64,000 bases of DNA. Source: Azolla caroliniana. Taxonomy: Eukaryota > Plantae > Polypodiophyta. A program made the position numbers and the translations under genes. Below the pieces are notes generated by a model. It was not told the origin of the DNA, did no database searches, and saw nothing but the letters and a program-made list of their open reading frames with translations. The stretch is taken from contig JBHGNT010000005.1 in the NCBI GenBank assembly GCA_043228905.1, forward strand, positions 22,506,001-22,570,000, given 5' to 3'. This document shows positions 46,640-58,216 of this stretch, in pieces; position 1 is the first letter of the stretch; every line of letters begins with the position of its first letter.

Positions 46640-49600
46640 TGTCGTAAAGATTTTCGTCCATAGGCGGAAACTGGGGTGGAATAGGCAAATCAGTGGTGTG
46701 CACCATGTGCACATATATACTAGGAAATGGTGTATAGAAATAAGAGGGGAAACTCTATCCCACATTGTAAGGTCCCTCCCTCCTTGGGCTATAAAAGGAA
46801 GGGAGGGGTCACTTATGAAGGGTTGCCTATTTTGAGGGAGAGAGGCATACCACTTAGGTCGAGGGTTTCCTATTCAGTTTTAGGGTTTCAATTAGGGTTT
46901 TCTTCTTGGGTTTTCCCTTAGGGTTTTCTTATAGTCGTTTGGTGCGGCCATGGCGACCACCATTGTAAAGTGTTTATGTTTTCTTAATAGAACTTCTTGT
47001 TGAGTATCTTGACTCCATCTTCTTCATCTTCTTCTTCTTCTTCTATCATAATGTCATATTCGTTCTCTTCTCCTCTTAAGCTATGAGCTAATCTTCCATT
47101 CGTTGTCTTAACCTTTCTCCTCTTCTCCCTAGTCCAAGACCCCCGTGGTTCCGCCCCTTCCACACGCACGCGCGTAACAACGCGACATCTTTGGTGAACC
47201 CGACGTGAAGGGCGGCAAGGGAGCATGGAGATGGAAGAAGACCTTGACTTCGAGGAGATGATGGCAAAGATCGTGATGGATGCGCGACGGAAAAAGGCGA
47301 GGCGAGATGTGGCTCAACAAGCCGTCGAGAGGGTGGTCGATCGAGTCGGCCGATTCAACGGAGACGATGTCCCGAGGTTCTTGGAAGCATACGATGCCAA
47401 GATGGCGAAAGGGGGCGTAGACGAGGCGATGCGGCTAGAGTATTTTCCTCGAGTGGCAGCCGTATCGGTGCACAAGGAGGTCAAGGAGCTACGAGAAGCT
47501 CATGAGTTGTGGGTGTCCTTTGAGGGAGCCCTATTGGAGGCGTACGGGTACACGGAACCGGAAGGAAGAGGTCGACATGAGTTCGATCGGTGGGTGTGCC
47601 GGCAACATGATGCGAGGCGGTCGGCCACAACATGGCCCGCGAGCGACGGAAAAGAGAGAGCGGTGAGTGAGTACGCACTACCGCCGGAAGAGAGCTCAAC
47701 GCAAAATGGTTCGGAGGAGCTCGACCTAGAGGTGCTAATACGGGAGGTATGCGAGCTTGTGAAGGCGAAAATCGGAGCCGAAGAAGGGCTTGTTATGGAG
47801 ACAGGCCGGAGGCGATCGGAGGATGCGGAGGAAGAAGCCTCCCTAGACGTAGAAGACGGGGCCTATACGGAGGCCGAGAGAGCATACGACGGCGACATAG
47901 GAGAGGGTGCGGAGCAAGCGACCCTCTTGCCTTGCGGTGAAGGGACGGCCATGGAGGCCGGTAACTACGGATTCGGGACATGGCGGCCCGAAACATCGAG
48001 TGAGGAGGGGACAAGCGGCGGTGCCACGACCTTACACACACCGGTCCTAGAGACTCCGGCATCCGGCCCGAGAGCCGGTGTGAGACCTAGAGTGACGGAC
48101 GGTGGCAGCGGCAAGGCGGGCAATCGAGACGACGGCATGGGAGAGACGGTGGCAAGCGTAATCGAGGCTTGCGGAATCGGAGATGGGGTAGCCGCGGACA
48201 ACGACGTCCGGACGGAAGCAGCTACGGACACAACGAGTGGGGGTGCCGGGTCCTTGCCCACACCAGCCCTAGAGGCTCCGGTGGTCGGTGCGAGAGCCCA
48301 CATGAGACCTAGAGCGACGGGCGGTGGCGGCAGCAAAGCGGACGATCGAAACGACGACAAGGAAGGTCATAGCGGACGGAGGAGAGACCCCTCGACATCG
48401 GGGCCGGAGACTACGGCAGTTGCACTCGAATGCCAACATAAGACCGGAGAGAAGGACGGTGGTCATGAGGAGGCATGGCCCGGAGCGAACACGTGCGAAG
48501 TTGAGGATGCGAGGTCCGTAACGGGGATATACAAGAGGACCGACGGAGAGGTCGGGAATGGCAAGGAGGAGAGAGTCGGGAACCGACCCGACTGGAAAAT
48601 GAACCGGTTGATAATCTGACACGACCGGAAGACGAGGCGGAAGAAGATTGGAGCGGGGTCCGGTCAACCAGGCCCGAACCGAAGAAGAGTCGGCAAGGTT
48701 GGATTTGTGCGGACAAACATTGATCAGCCAGTTACGATTACGAAAGGGAGCCGACCAAACCGGAACTCGATTGGCCGAGACCAATCCGGGCGAAGGCTAA
48801 GTCGGCATGATTGGAGATCGGGGAGGACGGGTCACAACACGCGACAAGAGTCAGTAAGCGTATTGAGGAGGCCTAGCGGGCACGGTGATTACGGCTTGGC
48901 GGAAGACCGAGAGCAAGAGGAACCCTCCACACCTATTCTTGAGACTTCAGCGGTTGCGGATCAACATAAGACCGAAGAGACGGCGGGTGGCGGCGAGGAG
49001 TCAGAGACTGGAACGGACGAGGCTACCGGAATGGGTACCCGGTGTGTGAAGACGAACGAGCATGGCCCAGACGGCAAGCCGGAGTCGGAAGGGGCTACGG
49101 CAACAAAGGACGAAGAGACCGACGCGGGGGTCGGGTCTACGACGGATGAGGCTCGTAATACGAAGTATGCACTACGGCATAAAACGGAGCATGCACTATG
49201 GCCAGCGGAGGGCCAAGAAGTAAGCATGCACCCGGAAGAGCGGTAATGAGTGACCAGCAACGGCGGACCGGTCGAGCCTTTGAGAGGCAAGCACGCGGCG
49301 AGAGACGAAGCCGTAAGGTGCCGAGATCAGCGGATGGGTGGCGAGAGCGAAGGATGGTGCGCGGAGAACAACGGGGGACACACCGGGAAGAGAAAACGCG
49401 GCGGCTTCCCGGAGGGCATCAAGGCCAAGCGGGCCAAGAGGGCGCAAGTCGAGGTGAGGCGGTAACGAGAGCCTCGAGGGACACCGACACGGAGGTCGGG
49501 ATGACGGTATGCTCTACGGCGAGAGAGCATGACGGGCAAAGGAGAGGCAAGGAACGCAGAATGGGGTCGCTTAAGGGCCAACGAATGAGCGCATATTCAG

Positions 49601-51198
49601 GGGACAACATCGGCGCACGAGAAGAGCCTATGGAAGGCAAGCGCGGAGCAGGAAGAGTCGACACGCCGAGGTGTTCAGCATGCGGAGACGATAAAACCAA
49701 AGGAACATACGCGGCACGAAAAGGGCGGAATCAGGAGTGGGATCGGAGAGATCGGGAGCGCACCCGGAGGACATACGAGCCTTTGTGAGGAATGCACGCA
49801 GCGAGAGACAGAGCGGTGAGGTGCCGGTATCAGCGGTTGATCGGCGAGCATGGAAGGCTATGTCTTCAGAACCGGAGGAGGTGCATGGAGAGCAACGGGC
49901 TACGCGCCGGGAAGAGGAAGCGCGGGGTCACAGAAGGCATGCCAGTCCAAGCGGGCCAAGAGGACGAGAGTCGGGATGAAGCGGTAATGGGAGTCGCGAA
50001 GGACACTGACATGGTGGTCGGGATGACGGTACGCTCTACGGCGAGAGAGCATGGTGAGCAAAGGAGAAACGAGGAGCGCGAAATGAGGTCGCCGAGGGAC
50101 CGAAGGATGAGCGCATGGTCGGGAGACAACAAGGGCACACGGAAAGAGCCTACGGAAGGTGGGCGCGGAACGGAGGGAATCGGCACGAGGTGTTCGAGAC
50201 GAAGAGAGGATCGAGCCGGAGATAGAACACAAGTGGTACGCAAGGGGCGGAATCCGGCGAGCAAACGGGGTGACCGGGGGCCTAATCGGAGGACCTACGT
50301 GGCGGACAAAGAAAGAGTGACCGGATTGGCAATGGCGTTTGGGAGGACCGACCGAGGAGGAAGGCGAACGCGGTGGATATGGCGGTTCGGATGGAGTCGA
50401 TGTTTCGGGGACACACGGTGGACGTGGTGGATCGGTTGGAGCCGTCGGCTCGAGGACGCGCGACGGATATGGTGGAAAGGGATGTTATGATGGTTCGTGT
50501 GGAAGGGACGGGCATGCTTGAAATGGAAACAAAGCCGAGCAAGACCGACGAGGACACAACGAACCTCGGTTTTATCGCCATGGCCGAACAATCTCGCCTC
50601 TTCTCCTTTCTTGGCACATACCAGTGGATGTGCGGTTTGGTGGGGGCGGATGTCGTGAAGATTTTCGTCCATAGGCGGAAACCGGGGTGGAATAGGCAAA
50701 TCGGTGGTGTGCACCATGTGCACATATATACTAGGAAATGGTGTATAGAAATAAGAGGGGAAACTCTATCCCACATTGTAAGGTCCCTCCCTCCTTGGGC
50801 TATAAAAGGAAGGGAGGGGTCACTTATGAGGGGTTGCCTATTTTGAGGGAGAGAGGCATACCACTTAGGTCGAGGGTTTCCTATTCAGTTTTAGGGTTTC
50901 GGTTAGGGTTTTCTTCTTGGGTTTTCCCTTAGGGTTTTCTTATAGTAGTTTGGTGCGGCCATGGCGACCACCATTGTAAAGCGTTTATGTTTTCTTAATA
51001 GAAGTTCTTGTTGAGTATCTTGACTCCATCTTCTTCATCTTCTTCTTCTTCTTCTATCATAATGTCATATTCGTTCTCTTCTCCTCTTGAGCTATGAGCT
51101 AATCTTCCATTCGTTGTCTTAACCTTTCTCCTCTTCTCCCTAGTCCAAGACCCCCGTGGTCCCGCCCCTTCCACACGCACGCGCGTAACAACGCGACA
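46640..51198 (+). mobile_element. Non-autonomous gag-only Gypsy element D; LTRs 46640-47187 and 50651-51198 (548 bp each)
   Basis: TSD ATGT/ACGT; tRNA-Trp PBS 47192-47209; PPT ~50639-50650; no pol. Confidence 0.92.
47225..48619 (+). CDS. gag: Gag-like protein with an internal deletion and a long acidic low-complexity extension (frame continues past stops to ~49465)
   Basis: VGRFNGDDVPRFLEAYDAKM matches A2/B gag; ORFs 48707 and 49250 are in the same frame. Confidence 0.7.
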   Translation: MEMEEDLDFEEMMAKIVMDARRKKARRDVAQQAVERVVDRVGRFNGDDVPRFLEAYDAKMAKGGVDEAMRLEYFPRVAAVSVHKEVKELREAHELWVSFEGALLEAYGYTEPEGRGRHEFDRWVCRQHDARRSATTWPASDGKERAVSEYALPPEESSTQNGSEELDLEVLIREVCELVKAKIGAEEGLVMETGRRRSEDAEEEASLDVEDGAYTEAERAYDGDIGEGAEQATLLPCGEGTAMEAGNYGFGTWRPETSSEEGTSGGATTLHTPVLETPASGPRAGVRPRVTDGGSGKAGNRDDGMGETVASVIEACGIGDGVAADNDVRTEAATDTTSGGAGSLPTPALEAPVVGARAHMRPRATGGGGSKADDRNDDKEGHSGRRRDPSTSGPETTAVALECQHKTGEKDGGHEEAWPGANTCEVEDARSVTGIYKRTDGEVGNGKEERVGNRPDWKMNRLII

Positions 51199-51464
51199 AC
51201 GTTTTGACAAGTTGAATCCATCTCAACTCCAGTTGTCTATAGTGACAGTCATGGTGATATCGCTCTGTCAAAAAATCTAGTTCATCACAACGCCAAGCAT
51301 GTCGACGTTCGATATCACTTTGTTCAGGACTGCGTCATCTTAGGAAAAATCGGTCTCGAAAAGATATCTACAGCTGAAAATTTCACAAATGGGATGACCA
51401 AATATCTTTTGGCGGATCGATTCCAATCCCTATGTGTTGAGCGAGCAAGCTCAACCAAATCCAG

Positions 51465-51838
51465 ATTGACTGAATAAGCCAGAGCCGGATCGGCATCCGG
51501 AAGGATGAGCTAGATCAGTATCCGGAAACAACCGGCTGGATCATGGAGACGTATCGAAGAGCCGGATTCGAGTGCGAACCAGAAGCCTAGTAGTAGCCTA
51601 GACTACTAGGTAATCATTGCCTCGTAGTTACTGTCAGTCGCTCATATGAGCATTGACTGAATAAGCCAGAGCCGGATCGGCATCCGGAAGGATGAGCCAG
51701 ATCAGTATCCGGAAACAACCGGCTGGATCATGGAGACGTATCGAAGAGCCGGATTCGAGTGCGAACCGGAAGCCTAGTAGTAGCCTAGACTACTAGGTAA
51801 TCATTGCCTCATAGTTACTGTCAGTCGCTCATATGAGC
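51465..51838. repeat. ~187-bp tandem duplication inside the first LTR of E
   Basis: ATTGACTGAATAAGCCAGAGCC at 51465 and 51652. Confidence 0.9.
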
Positions 51839-51955
51839 ATTGAAGTACATAGTACTTCTGTTAGTCCTTTTGAGGACTTGTATAAATAGTGATGTTTAGC
51901 ACATTGTATGTACAGAGTTTTCAGAGTGATATTTTGAATTGAGTTTATGTCTCTC

Positions 51956-52199
51956 TTTTTTTCTTTTTTTCTTTTTTTCGTAAATCAATGTTTTGTTATT
52001 AAAACAAGATGATAATACACCCCTTGCTATCTTCACTACATCATGAGTAGTGATGATGCATGGGAAACCCTCTCAAATGTTGCAAAACTAGATGGCATAC
52101 CTGTATCTCCTCTCGGGACAATGTCCCCAAAGAACATAGTTGTGAAAATTGCCACATCAATTTCCCTCTCATCCTACGAAGTTGTTGTCCAAAAGAACA
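51956..52199 (-). mobile_element. Short 5'-truncated retroposed fragment with an A-rich tail
   Basis: T-rich run at 51956-51978; flanked by imperfect direct repeat TGAGTTTAT(GT)CTCTC; absent from the sister LTRs. Confidence 0.5.
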
Positions 52200-52680
52200 T
52201 GAGTTTATCTCTCTCTCTCTCTCTCGTCTGCAGCCGTTGTCTGCCGCCGCTGCAACCGTCGTCGTCTGCTCTCTCTCTCTCTCTCTCTCTCTCTCGCTTC
52301 CTCGTCTCTCTCTGCCGTTGTTGTTGCCGGTTAGTGTCGTCGTTGTCGCCGTCGCCCGTCGTCCGACGACTACCGTTGTCTACGGTCGTCGCCATCTGCT
52401 ACCGTCTGCAGCCATCTTCTACAGTCTGCAGCCGTCTGCCGTCTGCTGCCGTCGTCTACCGTCGTTTGACGACTGCCGTCGTCACCGTCATCGTCACGGG
52501 GTGTTTCTTCTCCGTTCTCTCTTGATGTTGTGAAGTGCCATTTTCTTGACGAGTTCGTGGGTGGGTTCTTTTGGTGTGCTCGTCGCGTGCTACAAAATGC
52601 CGATGTGATTGCGACATACACACAAACTCGGCTAAGTCTCGAACCCATTTATTTTACCTTTTTTTCCTATTGACACCACA

Positions 52681-53479
52681 ATGACGTCTAGACGGACTAA
52701 GGAACATAAGGATATACAAGACGAGGCTATAAGTAAGGAGGACTTTTTAGATATGTTTAATCGTTTAACAAAAATAGAGATGGATATGAAAAAATGGGTG
52801 AAAGACACCGAAACCCACAAGAAAAAAGATAGAGAGGAAAAAGACGCCCTCAAGGCCGAAATAGAACAACTTAAAGTAGAAAACATCGACCTTAAAAAAC
52901 AACTTAAGGACATCGAGGTATCTCGAGAAGACGGTGAAATATCCTCTATAGAGGATATAAAGGACGAAATTAAAAAAGTTAAAGAGGAAGTTAATAATAA
53001 CATAGAGTTGGGTAGATGTGGTTAAAAGAAACATTAAAAAAGAAATAAAAGATGAAAATATTGTTAATACCACCCTTGAAGAAGAGAAAATGCGTCAGGC
53101 CCGACGCTTAAATGTACGTGTCACTAGGATCAAGGAAGGTGCATCCCCAAATGAGGACGCACAAACACTTGGGAAAATGTTAGGGTACACAGAGGCCCTA
53201 CCTATCACCAAAGCATGGAGGGCCGGGCGTGACACAACTAGGAAGAGAGCCTTAGTCCTTCGATTTAAAGACTTAGACTCTAGAATCACTTTCTTTAAGA
53301 AGAGACCAATCCTTCGAGGAATGGATGGGGACCCCATCTATCTCGATGAAGACCTCACTAAGATGCAAATTGAGCATCGCAAGAGTTGTATGCCACGAGT
53401 TATGCAAGCTCGTAAAGAAGGCCATCGCGCCTTTTACCGAGAGGGGTGAGTGATCATAAATGATCGCACTACTAATTGA
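52681..53479 (+). pseudogene. LINE ORF1 (coiled coil plus RRM-like, L1 ORF1p type) with one frameshift near 53020
   Basis: Heptad-rich ORF 52681-53025, then RRLNVRV..AWRAGR..RALVLRF..IYLDEDLT. Confidence 0.75.
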
Positions 53480-53485
53480 CGGCGT

Positions 53486-56400
53486 GTGGCCCATGTGACA
53501 GAAAATGCACTTAGGATAACCCTATGGAATTGTAATGGCGCACTCTGGGCACGCCCCGGCCGCCTAGAGGAGATACTAAAGGTATCTGATATACTTTTCT
53601 TGGTAGAAACACATCAGAGCCCAAATAGAGGATTCCCATGGGTTGAAGGATTCCGTTGGGAGTCCGCTTTTAGACAAACCTCACGTCGACACACTACTAG
53701 GGGATCTGGAGGTGTCGCGATACTGTTTCGTAGAGAGCTACATAATAGGATAGAAATAATGAAGATAGACCCAGAAGCTCGTTTTATGTGGGTGAAAGTC
53801 TCCACAAGCAAAGACCATGCAGTATTTTTCACCATTTGTTACTTTCCCCCAAAAGGATCCCGTTATAATATTGGTGGCTTGACGAGATTAGTCGATGAAG
53901 GAATGCCACATGGGCCTTCTCCATACGAACCCCTATCGGATGACATAATCCGATATTCTTCCCAAGGAGAAGTATTTCTTGTAGGAGACTTCAATGCGAG
54001 AACCCAATCCCGACAATGCACAGTATTTCAGATGAATAGAAACCTAGAAATGGTAAATGTTGATCCTTTAGACATAGGCACCACACGTAGATCAAAGGAT
54101 CAAGGTGCGGACGCCACGAGCTTTGGCCATCATCTGCTCGAACTTGGCAGTCGGCACCGGATGGTCATATATAATGGTTTAGCTAAGTGGCCAGGCTCGG
54201 AAGAGCTCACATGTTTCCCACATGGAGGAGGGGAAAGCACAGTTGACTATCTAATAGGGCGCCCTGAAGCTACCCACATGATTAACTCCTTCCGAGTGGT
54301 CCCATGCCCTATTGGCGCAGACCATAGTTTCTTATACTTCGAGCTAAAATGTGATATCTCTAAGGTCACCAAGTCTAGTCAACCATGCCATCACACCACA
54401 ATACATTTCACACATGAGCTCTCTGACATATACTCTCAACATGTTCAGGCCCATCTCCCCTCCCTTGATCCCTCCCTACCGTTAGAAAGCCTTAGTACAA
54501 AACTCACACACATCCTTCACTCCGCAGCAGCTAGCAGTTTCCCATATACAAAACACTCAAATCAAGGTAGATCAGGATCAATGCCACAAAATAAATGGTA
54601 TGACGAGGATTGTAGGGACTTACATAGACAACTTACAGTATCGCAACTCAATGGTAGTATTACCTCCATACAAGCTCGCAAAGAAATGCGTAAGATGACA
54701 CGTCGTAAGAGACGAGCATGGGAGGCATCCCAATACTGGGAACTCTACCATATGCTCATGAGTAGCGATTGTGCCACGGCATGGAAGAGACTACGGGAGC
54801 CAAGACCACAAACACCCATCGAAGATCCTGAAACTTGGCACACATATACAGAGAGACTTTACCAAATCCCAAACCAACCACCCATTCCAATGCCTTCCAC
54901 ACCCCGGCCTACCACGGGGACACTTTTCACGACCTCTAGGGTCATGAAGGTCATAAAGAAATTACAACATAGGAAGTCCATGGACCACACAGGATTGCGA
55001 GTAGAACACATTATATATGCGAGAGAGTGCCTAGCTCCCTTGCTAACTCTAATCTTCAATCGTGCCCTTGCGGAGGGTTTTCCACCACAATGGACTATGA
55101 ATACAGTGGCCCCCATACATAAAGGGGGGGACCCCATGGACCCAAATACATATAGGACCATTATGATAGGCCATACCCTTGCTAAGTTATATGGTGCAGT
55201 AATGGAAGCAGAGCTTAGCGACTATATGGAGACCCTAAACCTTCGTGCACCTGAACAAGCTGGCTTTAGACGAGCCTTCTCCACTATTGATCATATCTTC
55301 ACACTTAGATGCCTAATTGACCAAACTAAGGCTTGCAAGAAGAAATTATATTGTTGTTTTGTGGACTTCCGCAAAGCCTTTGACACAGTCCCTAGAGAGC
55401 GGTTGTTTGATAGACTTAAAAGCTTGAGGATACCAGATGATATGGTATGGGCCATCTACGCACTATATGAACAAGTGTCTGGGTGTGTCCGATGCCCAGG
55501 TGGCCTATCTAATCGTTTCACTAGCACTATTGGTGTAAAACAAGGTTGCCCCCTATCACCGACGCTTTTTGGGATCTACATTGATGAGATCACAGATTTT
55601 ATTGCTCGTGAGGGAGGCACCGGAGTGGTCCTTGGGGATAAGCAGGTTCGTATCTTGCTCTATGCGGATGACATAGTTTTGCTCTCTGAATCGGAACACA
55701 ACCTACAGAGGCACCTTAATGCCTTAGATGACTTTTGTGTACAACGAGGATTGGTAGTGAATCTAGGGAAAACGAAAGTCCTTATCTTCCACACATCGGC
55801 CCAAGTTAGAGCTAAGTGTCACCTAACTATCTCCCATAGCCCAATCGAGGTGGTTGGATCATACGTCTATCTCGGAGTCACTTTTAGTGCCCGCTCAGGT
55901 AAATTTTCGATGACACAGGCAGCGAAGGATAGACTCACGAGAGGACATGCATCCCTCTCACTCCTAGAGAGACAATGCCACCAAGCACACTTTCAAGAGC
56001 CACGGACTAAAGGGTGGCTCTTTGACTCATTAGTGACCCCCTCCCTCATGTATGCATCAGCGGTTTGGGCTCCAGGATTACCATCTTTCATGTGGACGCA
56101 ATTAGAGAGACCATTGGTGATGATACTATCACGCCAACTCCGAAGCAAATCGACTGTACTACATGACATTATTAGGGCCGAGTTCACGTTACCCCCAATG
56201 TTAGTAGAGGCACTTTTTCAACTTGTAGTCTTCATTGATAGGATACATAGCCAACCACATGATAGAATATCTCATCAAGCCTTTAAGGCCTCTTGATCAT
56301 TGTATGAGTCCGGCTATACTAGCTCATGGTATGGCATGATGGTGAGTTGGCTTCTTGCGAATGGTCTAGACATTAATAACCTACCTCCCCTTAGGTACAA

Positions 56401-57082
56401 CCACACGAGTGATAACACGTTAATCTCTCATGAGGACCGCAATAAAGTAATACGCCAAGAAATATGGCAAATTTACACTCGGTGTAAATGGATCACCCCA
56501 CTAGAGCCACTCCCATCTAAAATGTTGTACTATAAGAAACACTTCATGCACTTCTCTGAGTTAGGTTTTATCATGCGACCAAAATATCTAGATGTATTCT
56601 TACCACATGCACTAAGGGTTGCCATTGGACAACTTAGAATATCATCTCACCAACTTGAGATTGAGAATGGCCGTACTAGTGGAGTCCCTAGGGAGGAAAG
56701 GATATGTAGGTTATGTCACATAGAGATAGAGGATGAGTACCACTTTACATGCAAGTGTCCAACCTATGCCGAGATAAGGGCAAAATACCAAGACATACTT
56801 GGTCCGTCTCCCACCCTCCCCAAACTATTAGATGCTCTAGATATAAAGAAATTAGGTAAATACATTCTAGAGCTAAAACAACACAGAGAGAATAAGTTAC
56901 AAAATGTTGACAATAATGTTGCTAATGATCACGAACATGTAACAAATGAAGTTTTTCAGGAACCTGAGGAGACAACGAATGCCGACACACTTGCACCACT
57001 CGGCCTTTCCATTGATGAGGCAGAAAACCAGAGAAGAACCAGACGTCCTCGGGTGCCGGGGTTTCAAAGCAACTCGACGTGA
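53486..57082 (+). pseudogene. LINE ORF2: AP endonuclease, RT and C-terminal CCHC; one in-frame stop at 56294
   Basis: WNCNG, LVET, GGVAI, GDFNA, STVDY, ADH; QAGFR, FVDFRKAFD, GVKQGCPLSP, YADD, YLG; RICRLC..EDEYHF..CPTY. Confidence 0.92.
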
Positions 57083-57412
57083 TGTGGAAGCAATATTGAA
57101 AATAAGGGAACGTGAGCTACACCGCCTAGAAGCCATGGCTAGGGCACTCTCTACACTGGAACCCACATCAAGACCCTTTGACCCCCCACTTCTTTTCGAG
57201 AGGCTTGGGTGGAAATAAAATTAGGCTTAGTGTATAGTCACTTTCGAGTATACTACATATTGTACACTACTAGAACTCTTTTAGTTTAAGTTCTATTTTT
57301 TACTTAATTTTATTTTAGTTATGATGACTGGATAAAAACTCTTTTGTTGTAAACCAATTGTCTCATGGGCCAAATTTGGCCTTAGAAGACGTTAATATAT
57401 CTTTCTTTCTTT

Positions 57413-57472
<60 letters not shown>

Positions 57473-57953
57473 ACGCGTATTCTCTGTGTTAAGTTCTCCA
57501 TTAAACCTTTTCTCATTTTTTGTTGCTATCCTGCTGAGCCGGTTTGTCTAATGCTTCCACACGCTAACTTTTACATGGTATTAGAGCGCGAGGGTTGAGA
57601 ACCTCTGCAGTCAATAGATGCTTTCGAAGACAAACTGTTTAGCGGGCAAGCTCAACCGGATCCGGATCGGTTGAATAAGCCAGAGCCGGATCGGTATCCG
57701 GATGATATCTGGAAACAACCGGCCAGATTGGGGAGACAGATCAGAGAGCCAGATTCGAGTGCGAACCAGAAGCCTAGTAGTAGCCTAGACTACTAGGTAA
57801 TCATTGTCTCATACTTAGTGTCAATTGCTCGTATGAGCATTGAAGTACATAGTACTTCTGTCAGTCCTTTTGAGGACTTGTATAAATAGTGTTGTTTAGC
57901 ACGTTGTATGTACAAAGTTTCAGAGTGATATTTTGAATTGCGTTTATGTTCTG

Positions 57954-58018
<65 letters not shown>

Positions 58019-58216
58019 CCACGCGTATTCTCTGTATTAAGTTCTCCATTAAACCTTTTCTCATTTTCTGTTGTTATCCTGCTGAGCCGGTTTGTCTAAC
58101 GCTTCCCCACGCTAACTTTTAAATGGTATCAGAGCGCGAGGGTTGAGAACCTTTGTAGCCGACAGACGCTTTCGAAGACAAACCCTAATAACCGGTAACA
58201 ACAGACAGAGAAGGGT

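Larger units (their letters stand above)
52225..57420 (+). mobile_element. Near full-length LINE (APE-RT, RTEX-like by C-terminal motif) inserted in the (CT)n tract of the E LTR
   Basis: CpG-rich 5' UTR, ORF1, ORF2, (CTTT)n tail merging into (CT)n; LTR resumes CCACGCGTATT at ~57471. Confidence 0.85.

Noticed and set aside
52043-52533. ORFs in the LINE 5' region
   Set aside because: Microsatellite and GCC/GTC low-complexity UTR sequence
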